DNA from: an uncultured Oxalicibacterium sp.
GTDB taxonomy: Bacteria > Pseudomonadota > Gammaproteobacteria > Burkholderiales > Burkholderiaceae_D
Assembly: GCF_913776015.1 (NCBI RefSeq)
Contig: NZ_CAJYMD010000067.1
Coordinates: 66,274 to 130,273, forward strand
Length of the DNA stretch: 64,000 nt
Reading direction: 5' to 3'
Positions 48,751-60,458 of the stretch are shown here, piece by piece; positions within the stretch are counted from its first letter, which is position 1; every line of letters begins with the position of its first letter. The translations under genes were made by a program, and so were the position numbers. The notes beneath the pieces are model-generated. The model ran no database searches and had not been told where the DNA came from. It was given only the letters and a program-made list of their open reading frames with translations.

Positions 48751-48884
48751 TTCATCAGGCCCGGCTACACGCATGGGTCACGGCACCTTTTCCCGTACTG
48801 AAAGCAGCCAAAACCCGTTAAAATTCAGGGTTTCGGCAACGCTTGCCGCTCGTCCTCCCGGACGAACAACAAAAAACCACCACG

Positions 48885-49814
48885 ATGCTCACATTTCAAC
48901 AAATCATCCTGAAGCTGCAGTCCTACTGGGACGCGCAAGGCTGCGCCCTGCTGCAGCCCTACGACATGGAAGTCGGCGCCGGCACTTCGCACACCGCAAC
49001 CTTCCTGCGTGCGATTGGCCCTGAACCTTGGCGAGCCGCCTATGTGCAACCTTCGCGCCGTCCGAAAGATGGCCGCTATGGCGAAAACCCGAACCGTCTC
49101 CAGCATTACTACCAATTCCAAGTCGTACTGAAACCGGCACCGGCCAACATCCTGGAACTGTATCTGGGCTCGCTCGAAGCACTCGGTTTCGATTTGCGCC
49201 AAAACGATATCCGTTTCGTCGAGGATGACTGGGAAAATCCGACGCTGGGCGCCTGGGGCCTCGGCTGGGAAGTCTGGCTCAACGGCATGGAAGTCACGCA
49301 GTTCACCTACTTCCAGCAGGTTGGCGGCATCAACTGCAAACCGATTACCGGCGAAATCACCTACGGCCTGGAACGTCTGGCGATGTATTTGCAGGGCGTG
49401 GACAACGTCTACGATCTCGTCTGGACCGAAGCCAATGGCAAGAAGATCAGCTACGGCGATGTCTACAAGCAGAATGAAGTCGAGCAGTCGACCTACAACT
49501 TCGAGCACAGCGATGTCGATTTCCTGTTCACCGCGTTCGGTGCGCATGAAAAGCAGGCGCTGAATCTGATGGAAAACCAGTTGGCGCTACCGGCCTACGA
49601 ACAAGTACTGAAGGCTGCACATACGTTCAACCTGCTGGATGCGCGCGGCGCCATTTCGGTCACCGAACGCGCGGCCTACATCGGTCGTATTCGCAATCTC
49701 GCACGCAGCGTCGCCAAGAGCTACTTGGACAGCCGTGCGCGCCTCGGCTTCCCGATGGCCCCCCCTGAACATGCCGCCGAAGTGCTGGCCCAGATCGAGA
49801 AGGAAGCGGCATGA
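48885..49814 (+). CDS. glyQ: Glycyl-tRNA synthetase alpha subunit
   Basis: [37 protein letters not shown]. Confidence 0.98.
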   Translation: MLTFQQIILKLQSYWDAQGCALLQPYDMEVGAGTSHTATFLRAIGPEPWRAAYVQPSRRPKDGRYGENPNRLQHYYQFQVVLKPAPANILELYLGSLEALGFDLRQNDIRFVEDDWENPTLGAWGLGWEVWLNGMEVTQFTYFQQVGGINCKPITGEITYGLERLAMYLQGVDNVYDLVWTEANGKKISYGDVYKQNEVEQSTYNFEHSDVDFLFTAFGAHEKQALNLMENQLALPAYEQVLKAAHTFNLLDARGAISVTERAAYIGRIRNLARSVAKSYLDSRARLGFPMAPPEHAAEVLAQIEKEAA

Positions 49815-51913
49815 GCAACAAGAATCTCCTCATCGAACTGTTCGTCGAAGAACTGCCACCCAAGGCCTTGAAAAAAATCGGCGACGCCTTTGCACAAGGA
49901 TTGCTGGCGTCACTGAAAGCGCAAGCGCTGCTCGGCACCAATAGCACGCTGACGGCCTTTGCCTCGCCGCGTCGTCTCGGCATTCACCTGACCGATGTCG
50001 TCGAGCAGGCAGACGACAAACAGATTGCACAAAAACTGATGCCGGTTGCCGTCGGCCTGACAGCGGATGGCAAGGCCACGCCTGCACTGCTGAAAAAGCT
50101 GAATGCACTGGGTGCTGACGAGTCGGCAGTCGCTTCGCTCAAGCGTGAAAACGATGGCAAGGCCGAAGTTCTGTTCTTCAACAGTGTCGTGACGGGCGCC
50201 ACGCTGGCTGAAGGCGTGCAAAAAGCACTCGACGACACGCTGGCAAAACTGCCGATTCCGAAAGTCATGACCTATCAACTGGCCGATGGCTGGGAGTCGG
50301 TCAATTTCGTGCGTCCGGCACATGGTCTGGTTGTCCTGCACGGCGCAGATGTATTGAACGTTTCCGTACTCGGCCTGCAATCGCGCAACACCACGCATGG
50401 TCATCGCTTTGAAGCCGGTCTCGATCCGCTCTACATTCGCGATGCCGACAGCTACGAGCAGCAGTTGTCGAACGAAGGCGCAGTTATTCCTTCTTTCGAA
50501 GCACGCCGTGCCGAGATTGCACGTCAGTTGACCGAAGCCGCCGCCAAGGCGGGCGACAATCTGAAGCCGATCGAAGACGAAGCCTTGCTGGATGAAGTGA
50601 CTGGTCTGGTCGAACGTCCGAATGTGCTAATCGGTCAATTCGAAGAAGCCTTCCTCGACGTGCCGCAGGAATGCCTGATCCTGACGATGAAGGCCAATCA
50701 GAAATACTTCCCGTTGCTCGATGCCAGTGGCAACCTGAGCAACAAGTTCCTGATCGTCTCCAACATTCGCCCGACCGATGCCAGCCTCGTCATTGGCGGC
50801 AACGAGCGCGTGGTGCGTCCACGTCTGGCCGATGCCAAGTTCTTCTTCGATCAGGATCGCAAGAAGTCCCTGGAATCGCGCCTGCCCGGCCTCGACAAGG
50901 TGGTCTATCACAACAAGCTGGGCACGCAGGGTGAACGCGTCCAGCGTGTGCAACAGATCGCTGCTGCCATTGCCGACAAACTCGGTGTCGATGCTACGCA
51001 GGTGGAAACCGCCACGCGTCTGGCCAAGACCGATCTGCTGACCGACATGGTGGGCGAATTCCCCGAGTTGCAAGGCATCATGGGCCGCTACTACGCGCAA
51101 CACGATGGCCTGCCGGCCGACGTTGCCGATGCCATCGAGGATCACTACAAGCCTCGTTTCGCCGGTGATGAACTACCACGCAATGCCGTCGGCACGGTCG
51201 CGGCACTGGCCGATAAACTCGAAACGCTGGTCGGTCTCTTCAGCATTGGGCAAGTCCCGAGCGGCGACAAGGATCCGTTTGCGTTGCGTCGTCATGCGCT
51301 GGGCATCATCCGCATGTTGACCGAAGGCAAGCTCGCGATTGGCATCGATGAACTGATCGATGCGGCCGCCGCACCGTTTGACGGCTTGAGCGCAGAACAC
51401 CGCACGGCCTTGCTGACCTTTTTCTTCGACCGTCTTGCCAACGCCCTGCGTGAACAAGGCTACAGCGCGCAGGAAATCGATGCCGTGCTGGCATTGCAAC
51501 CGCAACGTCTGGCCGATGTCACCAGCCGTCTTGCCGCCGTGCGTGCCTTCGCCGCACTGCCGGAAGCCGCCAGCCTGGCAGCCGCCAACAAACGTGTGGG
51601 CAATATCCTCAAGAAGATCGAAGGCGATGTTCCGGCCAACGTCAATACGGCACTGCTGAAGGAAGACGCCGAAGTGGCCCTCAACGCCACACTCGCCAAG
51701 GTCAAGCCGACTGCCGATGCGGCCTTTGCCAAGGGCGACTACACGGCTTCGCTGCAGGCACTGGCTGCATTAAAAACGCCGGTCGATGCCTTCTTCGACA
51801 ATGTCATGGTCAATGCCGATGATGCTGCCCTGCGCGCCAATCGACAAGGCTTACTGGCAACCCTGCATGCGGCGATGAATCAGGTTGCCGACATTTCCCG
51901 TCTGGCGGCCTGA
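49811..51913 (+). CDS. glyS: Glycyl-tRNA synthetase beta subunit
   Basis: [33 protein letters not shown]; 4-bp overlap with glyQ. Confidence 0.97.
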   Translation: MSNKNLLIELFVEELPPKALKKIGDAFAQGLLASLKAQALLGTNSTLTAFASPRRLGIHLTDVVEQADDKQIAQKLMPVAVGLTADGKATPALLKKLNALGADESAVASLKRENDGKAEVLFFNSVVTGATLAEGVQKALDDTLAKLPIPKVMTYQLADGWESVNFVRPAHGLVVLHGADVLNVSVLGLQSRNTTHGHRFEAGLDPLYIRDADSYEQQLSNEGAVIPSFEARRAEIARQLTEAAAKAGDNLKPIEDEALLDEVTGLVERPNVLIGQFEEAFLDVPQECLILTMKANQKYFPLLDASGNLSNKFLIVSNIRPTDASLVIGGNERVVRPRLADAKFFFDQDRKKSLESRLPGLDKVVYHNKLGTQGERVQRVQQIAAAIADKLGVDATQVETATRLAKTDLLTDMVGEFPELQGIMGRYYAQHDGLPADVADAIEDHYKPRFAGDELPRNAVGTVAALADKLETLVGLFSIGQVPSGDKDPFALRRHALGIIRMLTEGKLAIGIDELIDAAAAPFDGLSAEHRTALLTFFFDRLANALREQGYSAQEIDAVLALQPQRLADVTSRLAAVRAFAALPEAASLAAANKRVGNILKKIEGDVPANVNTALLKEDAEVALNATLAKVKPTADAAFAKGDYTASLQALAALKTPVDAFFDNVMVNADDAALRANRQGLLATLHAAMNQVADISRLAA

Positions 51914-51950
51914 CATCATGCCCGGCGAAACCCGCGCGAAAGGCGAGCCC

Positions 51951-52508
51951 ATGAAGCTCATCATTCTTGATCGTGATGGCGTCATCAATCTGGATGCCGC
52001 ACAACCGATCCGCTCGCCGGATGAATGGGTGCCGATTCCGGGCTCACTGGAAGCGATTGCACGCCTGAATCAGGCCGGGTATCGCGTGGTGGTCGCCACC
52101 AATCAGTCCGGCATTGCGCGCGGCATGCTCGACATCATGATGCTCAATGCCATTCATCAGAAGATGCATGAATTTGCGCAGGCAGTCGGTGCCGAGATCG
52201 ACGCCGTGTTCTTTTGTCCGCATGCGGCCGACGATCATTGCGATTGCCGCAAACCGCAGCCGGGCATGCTGCAGGCGATTGCCCAGCGTTTCGAGATCAG
52301 TCTGAAAGGCATGCCGCATGTCGGCGATTCGCTGCGCGACCTGCAGGCGGCCTTCGTTGCGGGTTGCACTCCTTGCCTGGTATCCACCGGCAAGGGACAA
52401 ATGACGCAAGCCAAGGGCGGCCTGCCGCCAGGCACCAAAATCTTCGTCGATCTCGCAGACGTGGTCGATCATCTTCTTTCCCTGCCTTCCGCACCGCCTG
52501 CCCGCTAA
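51951..52508 (+). CDS. gmhB: D-glycero-D-manno-heptose 1,7-bisphosphate phosphatase
   Basis: LDRDGVIN, TNQSG, CPH...CDCRKP, VGDSLRD. Confidence 0.93.
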   Translation: MKLIILDRDGVINLDAAQPIRSPDEWVPIPGSLEAIARLNQAGYRVVVATNQSGIARGMLDIMMLNAIHQKMHEFAQAVGAEIDAVFFCPHAADDHCDCRKPQPGMLQAIAQRFEISLKGMPHVGDSLRDLQAAFVAGCTPCLVSTGKGQMTQAKGGLPPGTKIFVDLADVVDHLLSLPSAPPAR

Positions 52509-52534
52509 GGGAAGCGCGCCTTTCTGGAGTTCCG

Positions 52535-53308
52535 ATGTCCCGCCCCGTTCTTTTCCTGCGCTCACTGGTTTTTGCGATCGGCATGTTTTTCGCAACTGTG
52601 CTGTGGGCCTTCGTTTGCTTTGCGGCTCTGCCGCTGACTTACGAAAAACGCTACTACGTCACCTCGCGCTGGAACGTTTTTATCGTCTGGCTCGGCAAGG
52701 TCGTGTGCGGGATTGATTACCGCGTGATCGGTCGTGAAAACCTGCCCGACTATCCGGTCATCCTGCTGGCGAAACACCAATCGGCATGGGAAACCATCTT
52801 TCTTTTCTACAGCATGCCGCGACCGCTGGTATACGTGCTGAAAAAGGAACTGCTGTACATCCCGCTGTTCGGCTGGGCGCTCGCGCTGCTGCGCATGATC
52901 CCGATCGACCGCAGCAATGGCAAGGATGCCTTTGCTGCCGTCGCCCGTATCGGCAAGCAGCGTCTGGCAAACGGCCAGTGGATCATCATGTTCCCTGAAG
53001 GCACCCGCACGCCGGTTGGCAGCCAGGGCCGCTACAAAGGTGGCGGTGCGCGTCTGGCAGTGGAAACCAATACGCCAGTGGTGCCGATTGCACTCAATGC
53101 GGGCGAATGCTGGCCGCGTAATTCCTTCATCAAGAAACCGGGTGTGATCACGGTTTCCATCGGCAAGCCGATTGCTGCAGAAGGCCGCAATCCGGTCGAT
53201 CTGATGGCCGAAGTCGAAAATTGGATAGAATCGGAAATGCGCGTGATCTCGCCAGATGTCTATACTCAGGCACCAGCCGGCGAGGTTGCGGTTTCCGAAG
53301 CCCGATAA
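52535..53308 (+). CDS. plsC: 1-acyl-sn-glycerol-3-phosphate acyltransferase
   Basis: KHQSAWET, FPEGTR, PIALN. Confidence 0.9.
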   Translation: MSRPVLFLRSLVFAIGMFFATVLWAFVCFAALPLTYEKRYYVTSRWNVFIVWLGKVVCGIDYRVIGRENLPDYPVILLAKHQSAWETIFLFYSMPRPLVYVLKKELLYIPLFGWALALLRMIPIDRSNGKDAFAAVARIGKQRLANGQWIIMFPEGTRTPVGSQGRYKGGGARLAVETNTPVVPIALNAGECWPRNSFIKKPGVITVSIGKPIAAEGRNPVDLMAEVENWIESEMRVISPDVYTQAPAGEVAVSEAR

Positions 53309-53323
53309 GCAAACACACCATCC

Positions 53324-54217
53324 TTGAAACTGCTCCGCCATACCGCTCCCGATCCGCAGCAGCTCGCGTTGCAGCTGGATTTTTTCGCGGGCGATTTTTC
53401 AACGCAACCGAGCGTGGATCAACCGGCTCCGGCGCCGTCGGCACCACACGCGCCCGTGGCGGCTGTGCCCGAAGTGTCGCGTCCCGTACAGCAAGGCAAG
53501 CGGCGCATCCAGATCGGCGAACATGTTCTGGACTACGTGCTCGTGCGTTCCAAGCGCCGTTCGATCGGTTTCATGATCGATGACGACGGCTTGCGCATCA
53601 CGGCGCCCAAATGGGTCACGCTGAGCGAGATCGACAGTGCGATCCACGAAAAGCAGCGCTGGATTTTCAACAAGCTCAATGAACGTCGCGAACGCTCGGC
53701 ACGTCGCCTGCAACCGCAAATGCGCTGGTGCGATGGCGGCATTCTGCCGTATCTGGGTGACGATATCACGCTGCGCCTGCACCCCGGTTCGGCGACCGGC
53801 ATCGCCTACGACGCAGAGAAAAGGGAATTGACGGTAGCGCTGCCGCAAGACGCCGCCGAGCAGCAATTGAAGGATCGCGTGCAGGGTTGGCTGCAACTGG
53901 AAGCCAAGCGCCTGTTCGGCGAACGTCTGCCGATTTATGCAGAAAAACTAGGCGTCAGCTATCAGTCATTTGCGTTGTCATCCGCCACCACGCAATGGGG
54001 ATCATGCACGGCCGACGGACGCATTCGTCTGAACTGGCGCCTCGTGCATTTCTCTCTGCCGCTGATCGATTACGTGATCGCGCACGAACTTGCGCACTTG
54101 CGCGAGATGAATCACAGCCCGCAATTCTGGGCGACCGTGCAATCCATCTTCCCCGAATTCGCCGCCGCAAAAAAAGCCTTGCGCGATCACGCACCGGAAA
54201 CACTACCGATCTTCTGA
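53324..54217 (+). CDS. YgjP/DUF45 (M48/SprT-like) zinc metallohydrolase
   Basis: RSKRRSIG, QWGSC, IRLNWRL, YVIAHELAHL..MNHS..FW. Confidence 0.88.
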   Translation: MKLLRHTAPDPQQLALQLDFFAGDFSTQPSVDQPAPAPSAPHAPVAAVPEVSRPVQQGKRRIQIGEHVLDYVLVRSKRRSIGFMIDDDGLRITAPKWVTLSEIDSAIHEKQRWIFNKLNERRERSARRLQPQMRWCDGGILPYLGDDITLRLHPGSATGIAYDAEKRELTVALPQDAAEQQLKDRVQGWLQLEAKRLFGERLPIYAEKLGVSYQSFALSSATTQWGSCTADGRIRLNWRLVHFSLPLIDYVIAHELAHLREMNHSPQFWATVQSIFPEFAAAKKALRDHAPETLPIF

Positions 54218-54270
54218 TTAGAGCGTACGCTTTTGCTGCGGCGCAGGCATGCTGCATCACCAGCGTGTGC

Positions 54271-54296
54271 GCTGAAACACATCAAGGTGTTTCAGC
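54271..54296. terminator. Hairpin between convergent genes, probable terminator
   Basis: gctgaaacac-atcaag-gtgtttcagc; U-tracts are weak. Confidence 0.5.
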
Positions 54297-54313
54297 ACTG
54301 CACGTTATCGTGC

Positions 54314-54721
54314 TCACAACTTTTCCATGGTTTCCCATTCCTTGCGCTCGATCAGTTCGACCTTGTAGCCGTCAGGATCGGTCACGAAGGCGATCACGGT
54401 CGTACCGCCCTTGACTGGGCCGGCTTCGCGCGTGACATTGCCACCCGCTGCCTTGACCTGTTCGCATGCCTTGTAGGCATCCGGTACGGCAATCGCAATA
54501 TGACCGTAGGCAGAACCCATCTCGTACTGATCGACGCCATAGTTGTAGGTCAGCTCAAGCTCCGCATGATCGGGATTCTTGCCGTAACCGACAAAGGCCA
54601 GCGTGTATTGGTATTCGGGATTGTCGGTCTTGCGCAACAGCGTCATGCCCAGCACATTGGTATAGAAATCGATCGAGCGTTGCAGGTCGCCAACGCGCAG
54701 CATCGTATGCAGAATGCGCAT
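54314..54721 (-). CDS. gloA: Lactoylglutathione lyase (glyoxalase I)
   Basis: [32 protein letters not shown]. Confidence 0.96.
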   Translation of the reverse strand: MRILHTMLRVGDLQRSIDFYTNVLGMTLLRKTDNPEYQYTLAFVGYGKNPDHAELELTYNYGVDQYEMGSAYGHIAIAVPDAYKACEQVKAAGGNVTREAGPVKGGTTVIAFVTDPDGYKVELIERKEWETMEKL

Positions 54722-54832
54722 GATAGTCCTCCGGTAAGCAGGGTTATTCGAGAACGCGATTGTAAGGCGTGCGCGCTTTTCCTGCCGGACGATGCCGCCG
54801 AAGAAGCCGTTTGCTATATCTGAAGGCGTGGC

Positions 54833-55606
54833 TCAGGGATACAGCAGATTTGTCAGTGCGACGTACTGCTCCATCGCCACTGCTTCGGGACGCAATTGCG
54901 GATCGATACCCGCCGCACGCAATTGCTGCTCGTCGGCCATGCCGGACAGGCAATTACGAATCACCTTGCGGCGCTGCGAAAACGCTTTTTGCACGACCTG
55001 CTCCAGACGCTCGCCATTGCAAGGCAACGGTTGCGCGCGCGGGATCATGCGCACGATGGCGGAATCGACGCGCGGCGGTGGATCGAAGGCTTCTGGCGGC
55101 ACCACGAACATCGACTCCATGTGGTAACGCCATTGCAGCATGACAGACAGACGCCCGAAGGTTTTACTGCCAGGCTCCGCCACCATGCGTTCGACGACTT
55201 CCTTCTGCAGCATGAAATGCTGGTCCTGCACATGCGGTGCAATCGTCGCCAGATGGAACAGCAAGGGGCTTGAAATGTTGTAGGGCAGATTGCCCACCAC
55301 GCGCAGCTTGCGGTCCGCCGGAACCGGAATCGTCGAGAAATCGAACTGCAGCGCATCGGCGGAATGCACTGTCAACCGCTCTGCGCCGAAATTCTTCTTC
55401 AGATACACCACCAGATCGCGATCCAGTTCGACAACATGCATGGTCGCCACTTCATCGACCAACAGACGCGTCATGGCGGCAAGGCCCGGGCCGATCTCGA
55501 CCATGGTGTCATGCGGTTGCGGATCGATCGCACGGATGATGCCGTGCAGGACGGCGTCGTCCTTGAGAAAATTCTGGCCGAAACGCTTGCGTGGAATGTG
55601 ATTCAT
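54833..55606 (-). CDS. rsmA: 16S rRNA A1518/A1519 dimethyltransferase
   Basis: [35 protein letters not shown]. Confidence 0.97.
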   Translation of the reverse strand: MNHIPRKRFGQNFLKDDAVLHGIIRAIDPQPHDTMVEIGPGLAAMTRLLVDEVATMHVVELDRDLVVYLKKNFGAERLTVHSADALQFDFSTIPVPADRKLRVVGNLPYNISSPLLFHLATIAPHVQDQHFMLQKEVVERMVAEPGSKTFGRLSVMLQWRYHMESMFVVPPEAFDPPPRVDSAIVRMIPRAQPLPCNGERLEQVVQKAFSQRRKVIRNCLSGMADEQQLRAAGIDPQLRPEAVAMEQYVALTNLLYP

Positions 55607-55642
55607 GAATGCCGTGAAGGAACGGAATAACCGTTCGTAAAA

Positions 55643-56680
55643 TTAAGAAGGATCGATGGTGCGTGACGCGCGTGCCATCTGCGCTGCCACGCGAATGGCT
55701 TCCATCATGCTGCCGTAATCGGCTGCGCCTAGACCTTGCGCTGCCAGATCGAGCGCCGTACCGTGATCGACCGAAGTACGAATGATGGGCAAGCCCAAGG
55801 TGATATTCACCCCTAGCCCGAAGCTGGCGTACTTGAGTACTGGCAAACCCTGATCGTGATACATCGCAAGCACGCAATCGGCGTTTGCCAAATGCCGTTG
55901 CTGGAACAGCGTATCGGCTGGATACGGGCCTTTTACATCCTGCCCCTTGGCGACTGCGGCCCGCAACACGGGCGTGATCACATCGATTTCTTCGCGCCCC
56001 AGATAACCATCTTCACCTGCATGCGGATTCAATCCCGTTACGATTATGCGTGGACGCGCGATCCCGAATTTGCGTTGCAGATCGTCATGCACGATATCGA
56101 TGATGGATGCCAGCCGGTCAAAGGTGATAGCCGCCGCAACATCCTTCAGCGGCAGATGTGTAGTCGCCAGCGCCACTCGCAAGGGCTGCGGCGTCGCATT
56201 GGTGGCAAGCATCATGACAACCTGTGCCGTCTGCGTGCGTTCGGCCAGATATTCGGTATGACCGGTAAAGGCAACGCCGGCATCGTTGATGGTGGATTTT
56301 TGCAGTGGTGCGGTAACGATGGCATCGACCTGCGACTGCAACGCAGCATCGATCGCCAGGTCGAGCGTATGCAGCACCGACAATCCGTTGCGCGCATCCA
56401 GACGACCCGCCACCACAGGTACCGGCAACGGACAATCCAGCACCAGCAATTGATCACGTGCATGCATAACGGATGCTTGCTGCAACTGCGCCATCGAAGC
56501 CAGCTTCACCAGTTCGATGGCCGGATTGATTGCCGCAGCGATCGAAGACAGCAACGCGGCATCGCCAATCAATACACTGCGTACATCGGCACGCAGCTCA
56601 CAGGCGGCGCGCACCGAGATTTCCGGACCGATACCGGCCGGCTCACCGCAAGTAACGGCAATCGTCGGGCGCTGGTGCAT
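55643..56680 (-). CDS. pdxA: 4-hydroxythreonine-4-phosphate dehydrogenase
   Basis: [39 protein letters not shown]. Confidence 0.96.
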   Translation of the reverse strand: MHQRPTIAVTCGEPAGIGPEISVRAACELRADVRSVLIGDAALLSSIAAAINPAIELVKLASMAQLQQASVMHARDQLLVLDCPLPVPVVAGRLDARNGLSVLHTLDLAIDAALQSQVDAIVTAPLQKSTINDAGVAFTGHTEYLAERTQTAQVVMMLATNATPQPLRVALATTHLPLKDVAAAITFDRLASIIDIVHDDLQRKFGIARPRIIVTGLNPHAGEDGYLGREEIDVITPVLRAAVAKGQDVKGPYPADTLFQQRHLANADCVLAMYHDQGLPVLKYASFGLGVNITLGLPIIRTSVDHGTALDLAAQGLGAADYGSMMEAIRVAAQMARASRTIDPS

Positions 56681-56683
56681 ACC

Positions 56684-58117
56684 TTAGAGTTCGTTGATGC
56701 GATATTCGACGTACGCCTGATCGCGCACCTGACGCAGCCAATCCTGCGTGGCTTCTTCGAGTTTCTGTTCACGCAACGCCTGGCGTGCAGCCATGCGCTG
56801 GCGCTCTTGCGATACGTCATCGACCTTGCGTTCCTTGACCAGAATCAGGTGATAGCCGAATGGCGATTCGATCGGCTCGCTGACCTGGCCGACTGCCAGC
56901 TCATTCATCGCACGTTCGAATTCCGGTACGGTATCGCCCGGGTAAATCCAGCCAAGATCACCGCCCTTGGATGCCGACAGGTCGTTGGAATACAGGCGCG
57001 CCAATTCTTCGAAGGTCGCAGCCTTGTTATCCAGACGCTGCTTGAGTTCCTGCAGCTTGCGACGTGCCTCGGCCGCCGTCACCACCTTGTTGACCTTTAT
57101 GAGGATGTGATACGCGTGCGTCTGCTGCACACTCGGCATCGCCGGCTGCGAGGCATTATCGTTACCACCACGCATCACGCTTTGCGCACGTTTGCCAACG
57201 AGTTTGAGAATATGAAAGCCGTTACCGCTGCGCACCAGTTGCGAAACTTGTCCCGGTTGTAGATTGGCCGTGGCATCGATGAACAGTTGCGGCAAGCGAT
57301 CCTTGGGACGCCAGCCAAGATCGCCACCGGCCAAACCATCTGGCGAATCCGAATAAGCTGCTGCCAGCTTGGCAAAATCGCCACCGGCTTGCAGGCGCGC
57401 CAGTACATCGTCCGCGCGCTTCTTGCTTTCGGCCAGTTGCTGTTGCGTCGGATTTTCCGGTACGCGGATCAGGATTTGCGCGATGTTCAATTCCTGCTGC
57501 GGTGCATCGACAGCACCAGTGTGAGCAGCGAGATAGGCGTCGATTTCGGCATCGGAAATCTGAATCTTGTTATCGACCTCGACTTCACGCAAACGCTGCA
57601 TGGTGATTTCCTTGCGAATGTCTTCGCGGAAGGCCGAATAGGAAATGCCATCCTGCTCCAGGCGACGACGGAAATCCGCCAGACCCATATTGTTTTGCTC
57701 GGCAATGCGTGCCACGGCGCGATCAAGCATCGTATCGTCGACCTTGATACTACGTTCCTTGGCCATCTGCATCTGCGCTTTCTCGACGATCATGCGTTCC
57801 AGCAATTGGCGCTGCAATTGATCGCCCGGCGGCATCTGGCCACCTTGACTCTTGAGGCGCTGCTCGACCATTTCTAGACGCTGCAAGAATTCATAGCGCG
57901 TAATGACATCACTATTGACGACAACCAAAATCGCATCGGCCAGACGCGGTTGCTGCTGCGCACTTTTGGTCGCGCCATCCTTGACCGGTGCCGCCACGCG
58001 CTGCGCATGCACGGTCGAACCGACACAGAGGCTGATGCCGAGCGCCGACAACAGCGCGAGTTTTTTGCTACGCGACATCCCGTGGTGCAGTGCCGATATT
58101 GAAACGGATTTCTTCAT
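56684..58117 (-). CDS. surA: Periplasmic chaperone/PPIase SurA
   Basis: VVVNSDVIT and two parvulin domains (HILI...GGDLGW); located between lptD and pdxA. Confidence 0.94.
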   Translation of the reverse strand: MKKSVSISALHHGMSRSKKLALLSALGISLCVGSTVHAQRVAAPVKDGATKSAQQQPRLADAILVVVNSDVITRYEFLQRLEMVEQRLKSQGGQMPPGDQLQRQLLERMIVEKAQMQMAKERSIKVDDTMLDRAVARIAEQNNMGLADFRRRLEQDGISYSAFREDIRKEITMQRLREVEVDNKIQISDAEIDAYLAAHTGAVDAPQQELNIAQILIRVPENPTQQQLAESKKRADDVLARLQAGGDFAKLAAAYSDSPDGLAGGDLGWRPKDRLPQLFIDATANLQPGQVSQLVRSGNGFHILKLVGKRAQSVMRGGNDNASQPAMPSVQQTHAYHILIKVNKVVTAAEARRKLQELKQRLDNKAATFEELARLYSNDLSASKGGDLGWIYPGDTVPEFERAMNELAVGQVSEPIESPFGYHLILVKERKVDDVSQERQRMAARQALREQKLEEATQDWLRQVRDQAYVEYRINEL

Positions 58118-58119
58118 GA

Positions 58120-60357
58120 TTACATGCCACTAACGTTGGATGGTTGATTATTGATCATTTGATAGCCCGGCACATTCCTGCGAATTGCCGTCAATGGGTC
58201 GGAACCGAGCCTGGTCAATCCGCTCAACTCAAGCTGGAAGAACAGGCTGGTATTGGCTTGGCTTGTACCGGTTGGCAGGCGCTGAGCAACAATTCGGAAA
58301 ATCCAGCAATCCGCTTTGTATTCCAGACCGAGCAAGCCTTCTGCAATACGGTTGTTTGTACTGACTGTTTGCGTGCCATCGGACAGCGAATAGTTGATAC
58401 GACCGACGCCATACCAGCGTGTGGACAGCGGCCACTGACCTGAGACGTCGATCTGGCTCAATTCGTTCGCCTTGTCGCGACGATAGGTCAGGTTCAAGAC
58501 TTTTTTATCTGCAGGACGCCAACTCAGGCCGTAATTGGCCCGGCTCAGCGTTTTTTGCGTTGCGCTGTATTGCAGATTGCCTTCCGTACTCAAGGTATCC
58601 GACAGCTTCAACATACCCGAAGCCAGAATATCGGATTTCTTGTCTGTGGTTGCCACTTGGTTGGGCAAGGTCACTTGCGAATCAGTGAAATAGAAGCGTT
58701 GTCCCAAAGCGAGACGCAGTCGCTCCACACCATTGTCCTCGATGAAGCGCGTGGTCGCTGCCACCGTCAACTGATTGGCATCGCTGATGCGATCGTTGCC
58801 GATGAAACGGTTCTCCGCGAAAATCTGCGCGAAGCTCAAATCCGCCAGTGCAGAATCGAAGATCGGAATATTGCTTTGATCGCGATAAGGCGTTTTCACA
58901 TAGAACAACCGCGGCTCGAAAGTCTGCGTCATGCTCTGGCCGAGAAAGCTAGCAGGACGTTCAAAGATCAGACCGGAATCGAGCGACATGGTCGGCAAGG
59001 TGCGGTTGTAACTCGACTGTGCGTTGGTGGTTGGATCCTCCACGCTGTAACTCGATGCATGCAGCGAGACCTTCGGCGTGATGAAATATCCGGGACGAAC
59101 AATGGGATATGACAGGCTGGGATTGACCACATAGCGCTGGCCGCGCACCAGGGTCGGGTGGTAGAAGCTGGTCGCCTCCGCATTCGCTGTCCAGTCGAAA
59201 CCACCGACGTCATAACGCGCGGACGTGAAGCTCAATTGCGGCAAACGATCGTAAGGACGCGTAATCGGCGATAACACGTCTTGCAGCACCTGATAGCTGG
59301 AAGCCCGCGCAGTGGCATTCCAGTAATCGCCCGCATAATTGAAGTAGATATCACGCAATAGCAAGCGGTTGGTGCTCGTCGCTAGGTTACGCGAGAAGTC
59401 ACGCGGATAGTCGTTATCGGAAGCCGAATTGATGTTCCAGCCAAACGTTGCCTGCGGACTCAGACGCTGTGTGTGCAAAGTCGATAGTGAGTAACGATCG
59501 GTCTTGGTTTCGCGATCATTTGCCAGATATTCGAAACGCGTTTCACCCGCGTAGTTCTGTCCCAGATAACGGGCCTCGCCGCCGAGCTGTAGACCGCGCT
59601 TGGCGATAAAACGCGGCGAAAACGTGAAATCGCGGTTTGGCGCAATATTGAAATAGTACGGCACCATGACCTCGAAGCCGCCACGGGAGGTCGTCCCCAT
59701 CGTAGGTGGTAAGACGCCAGATTTACGCGCGTCCGAAAGTGGAAACGACATATAGGGCGTTCCCACGATGGGTACGCCCTTAAAGTAGACGAGTGTGGTA
59801 CCTGCCGTACCGGCATCACGCCCTTTGTCCAGCGTCATCGTATTGGCACGTAGATACCAGTCAGGATCCGGACCTTCACAGGTACTGTACGTGCCTTCGG
59901 TAATACGGGCACGATCTTCGCCCAAAAAGTCAATGCGCTCAGCACCGCCCTGGCCGTTGTTAGCCTTGATGTGAAAAGTCGGGTTATCGGCAAAGCCGGT
60001 GCCGGCATCCATCTTGTAGCGCAGCTTGTCACCGGTATAACGATCACCGAAACGCGTCATTTTCACATTACCGACAGCTTCGATTTCATCTTCGGCAATC
60101 CAGTAGGTGGCCTTGTCCGACGTCATCGTGGTGCCGCCGCGCACGATTTCCACATCGCGCTCCAGAACTAGTTCACGGTCCGGTCTGCCGGTCATCTGCT
60201 CGGCACTGACGTTGGTGGGGGCATTGGCATCGCTTTGTGCTGAAGAAACGGTTGTCTGCGCATGGGACGCGAAGGGCAACGCCGAAATGGCTGCTGCCAT
60301 GGCCGTCATCGCCATCATGGACCGTCGTCCGGGAAGAAGTGGTGAAAGCCAGGTCAT
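58120..60357 (-). CDS. lptD: LPS assembly outer-membrane protein
   Basis: N-terminal jellyroll (YSTCE), SGVLPP, PYYFNIAPNRD, large beta-barrel; first gene of the lptD-surA-pdxA-rsmA operon. Confidence 0.94.
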   Translation of the reverse strand: MTWLSPLLPGRRSMMAMTAMAAAISALPFASHAQTTVSSAQSDANAPTNVSAEQMTGRPDRELVLERDVEIVRGGTTMTSDKATYWIAEDEIEAVGNVKMTRFGDRYTGDKLRYKMDAGTGFADNPTFHIKANNGQGGAERIDFLGEDRARITEGTYSTCEGPDPDWYLRANTMTLDKGRDAGTAGTTLVYFKGVPIVGTPYMSFPLSDARKSGVLPPTMGTTSRGGFEVMVPYYFNIAPNRDFTFSPRFIAKRGLQLGGEARYLGQNYAGETRFEYLANDRETKTDRYSLSTLHTQRLSPQATFGWNINSASDNDYPRDFSRNLATSTNRLLLRDIYFNYAGDYWNATARASSYQVLQDVLSPITRPYDRLPQLSFTSARYDVGGFDWTANAEATSFYHPTLVRGQRYVVNPSLSYPIVRPGYFITPKVSLHASSYSVEDPTTNAQSSYNRTLPTMSLDSGLIFERPASFLGQSMTQTFEPRLFYVKTPYRDQSNIPIFDSALADLSFAQIFAENRFIGNDRISDANQLTVAATTRFIEDNGVERLRLALGQRFYFTDSQVTLPNQVATTDKKSDILASGMLKLSDTLSTEGNLQYSATQKTLSRANYGLSWRPADKKVLNLTYRRDKANELSQIDVSGQWPLSTRWYGVGRINYSLSDGTQTVSTNNRIAEGLLGLEYKADCWIFRIVAQRLPTGTSQANTSLFFQLELSGLTRLGSDPLTAIRRNVPGYQMINNQPSNVSGM

Positions 60358-60458
60358 GAAAAGTAGAGTTGGAGACCCATCGCTGGCGTCTTTTGGAAAT
60401 TAATCCCTTATTATATGGGAACTCACCGCCCATCAACCGTATTACCAGGCAAGCTTCA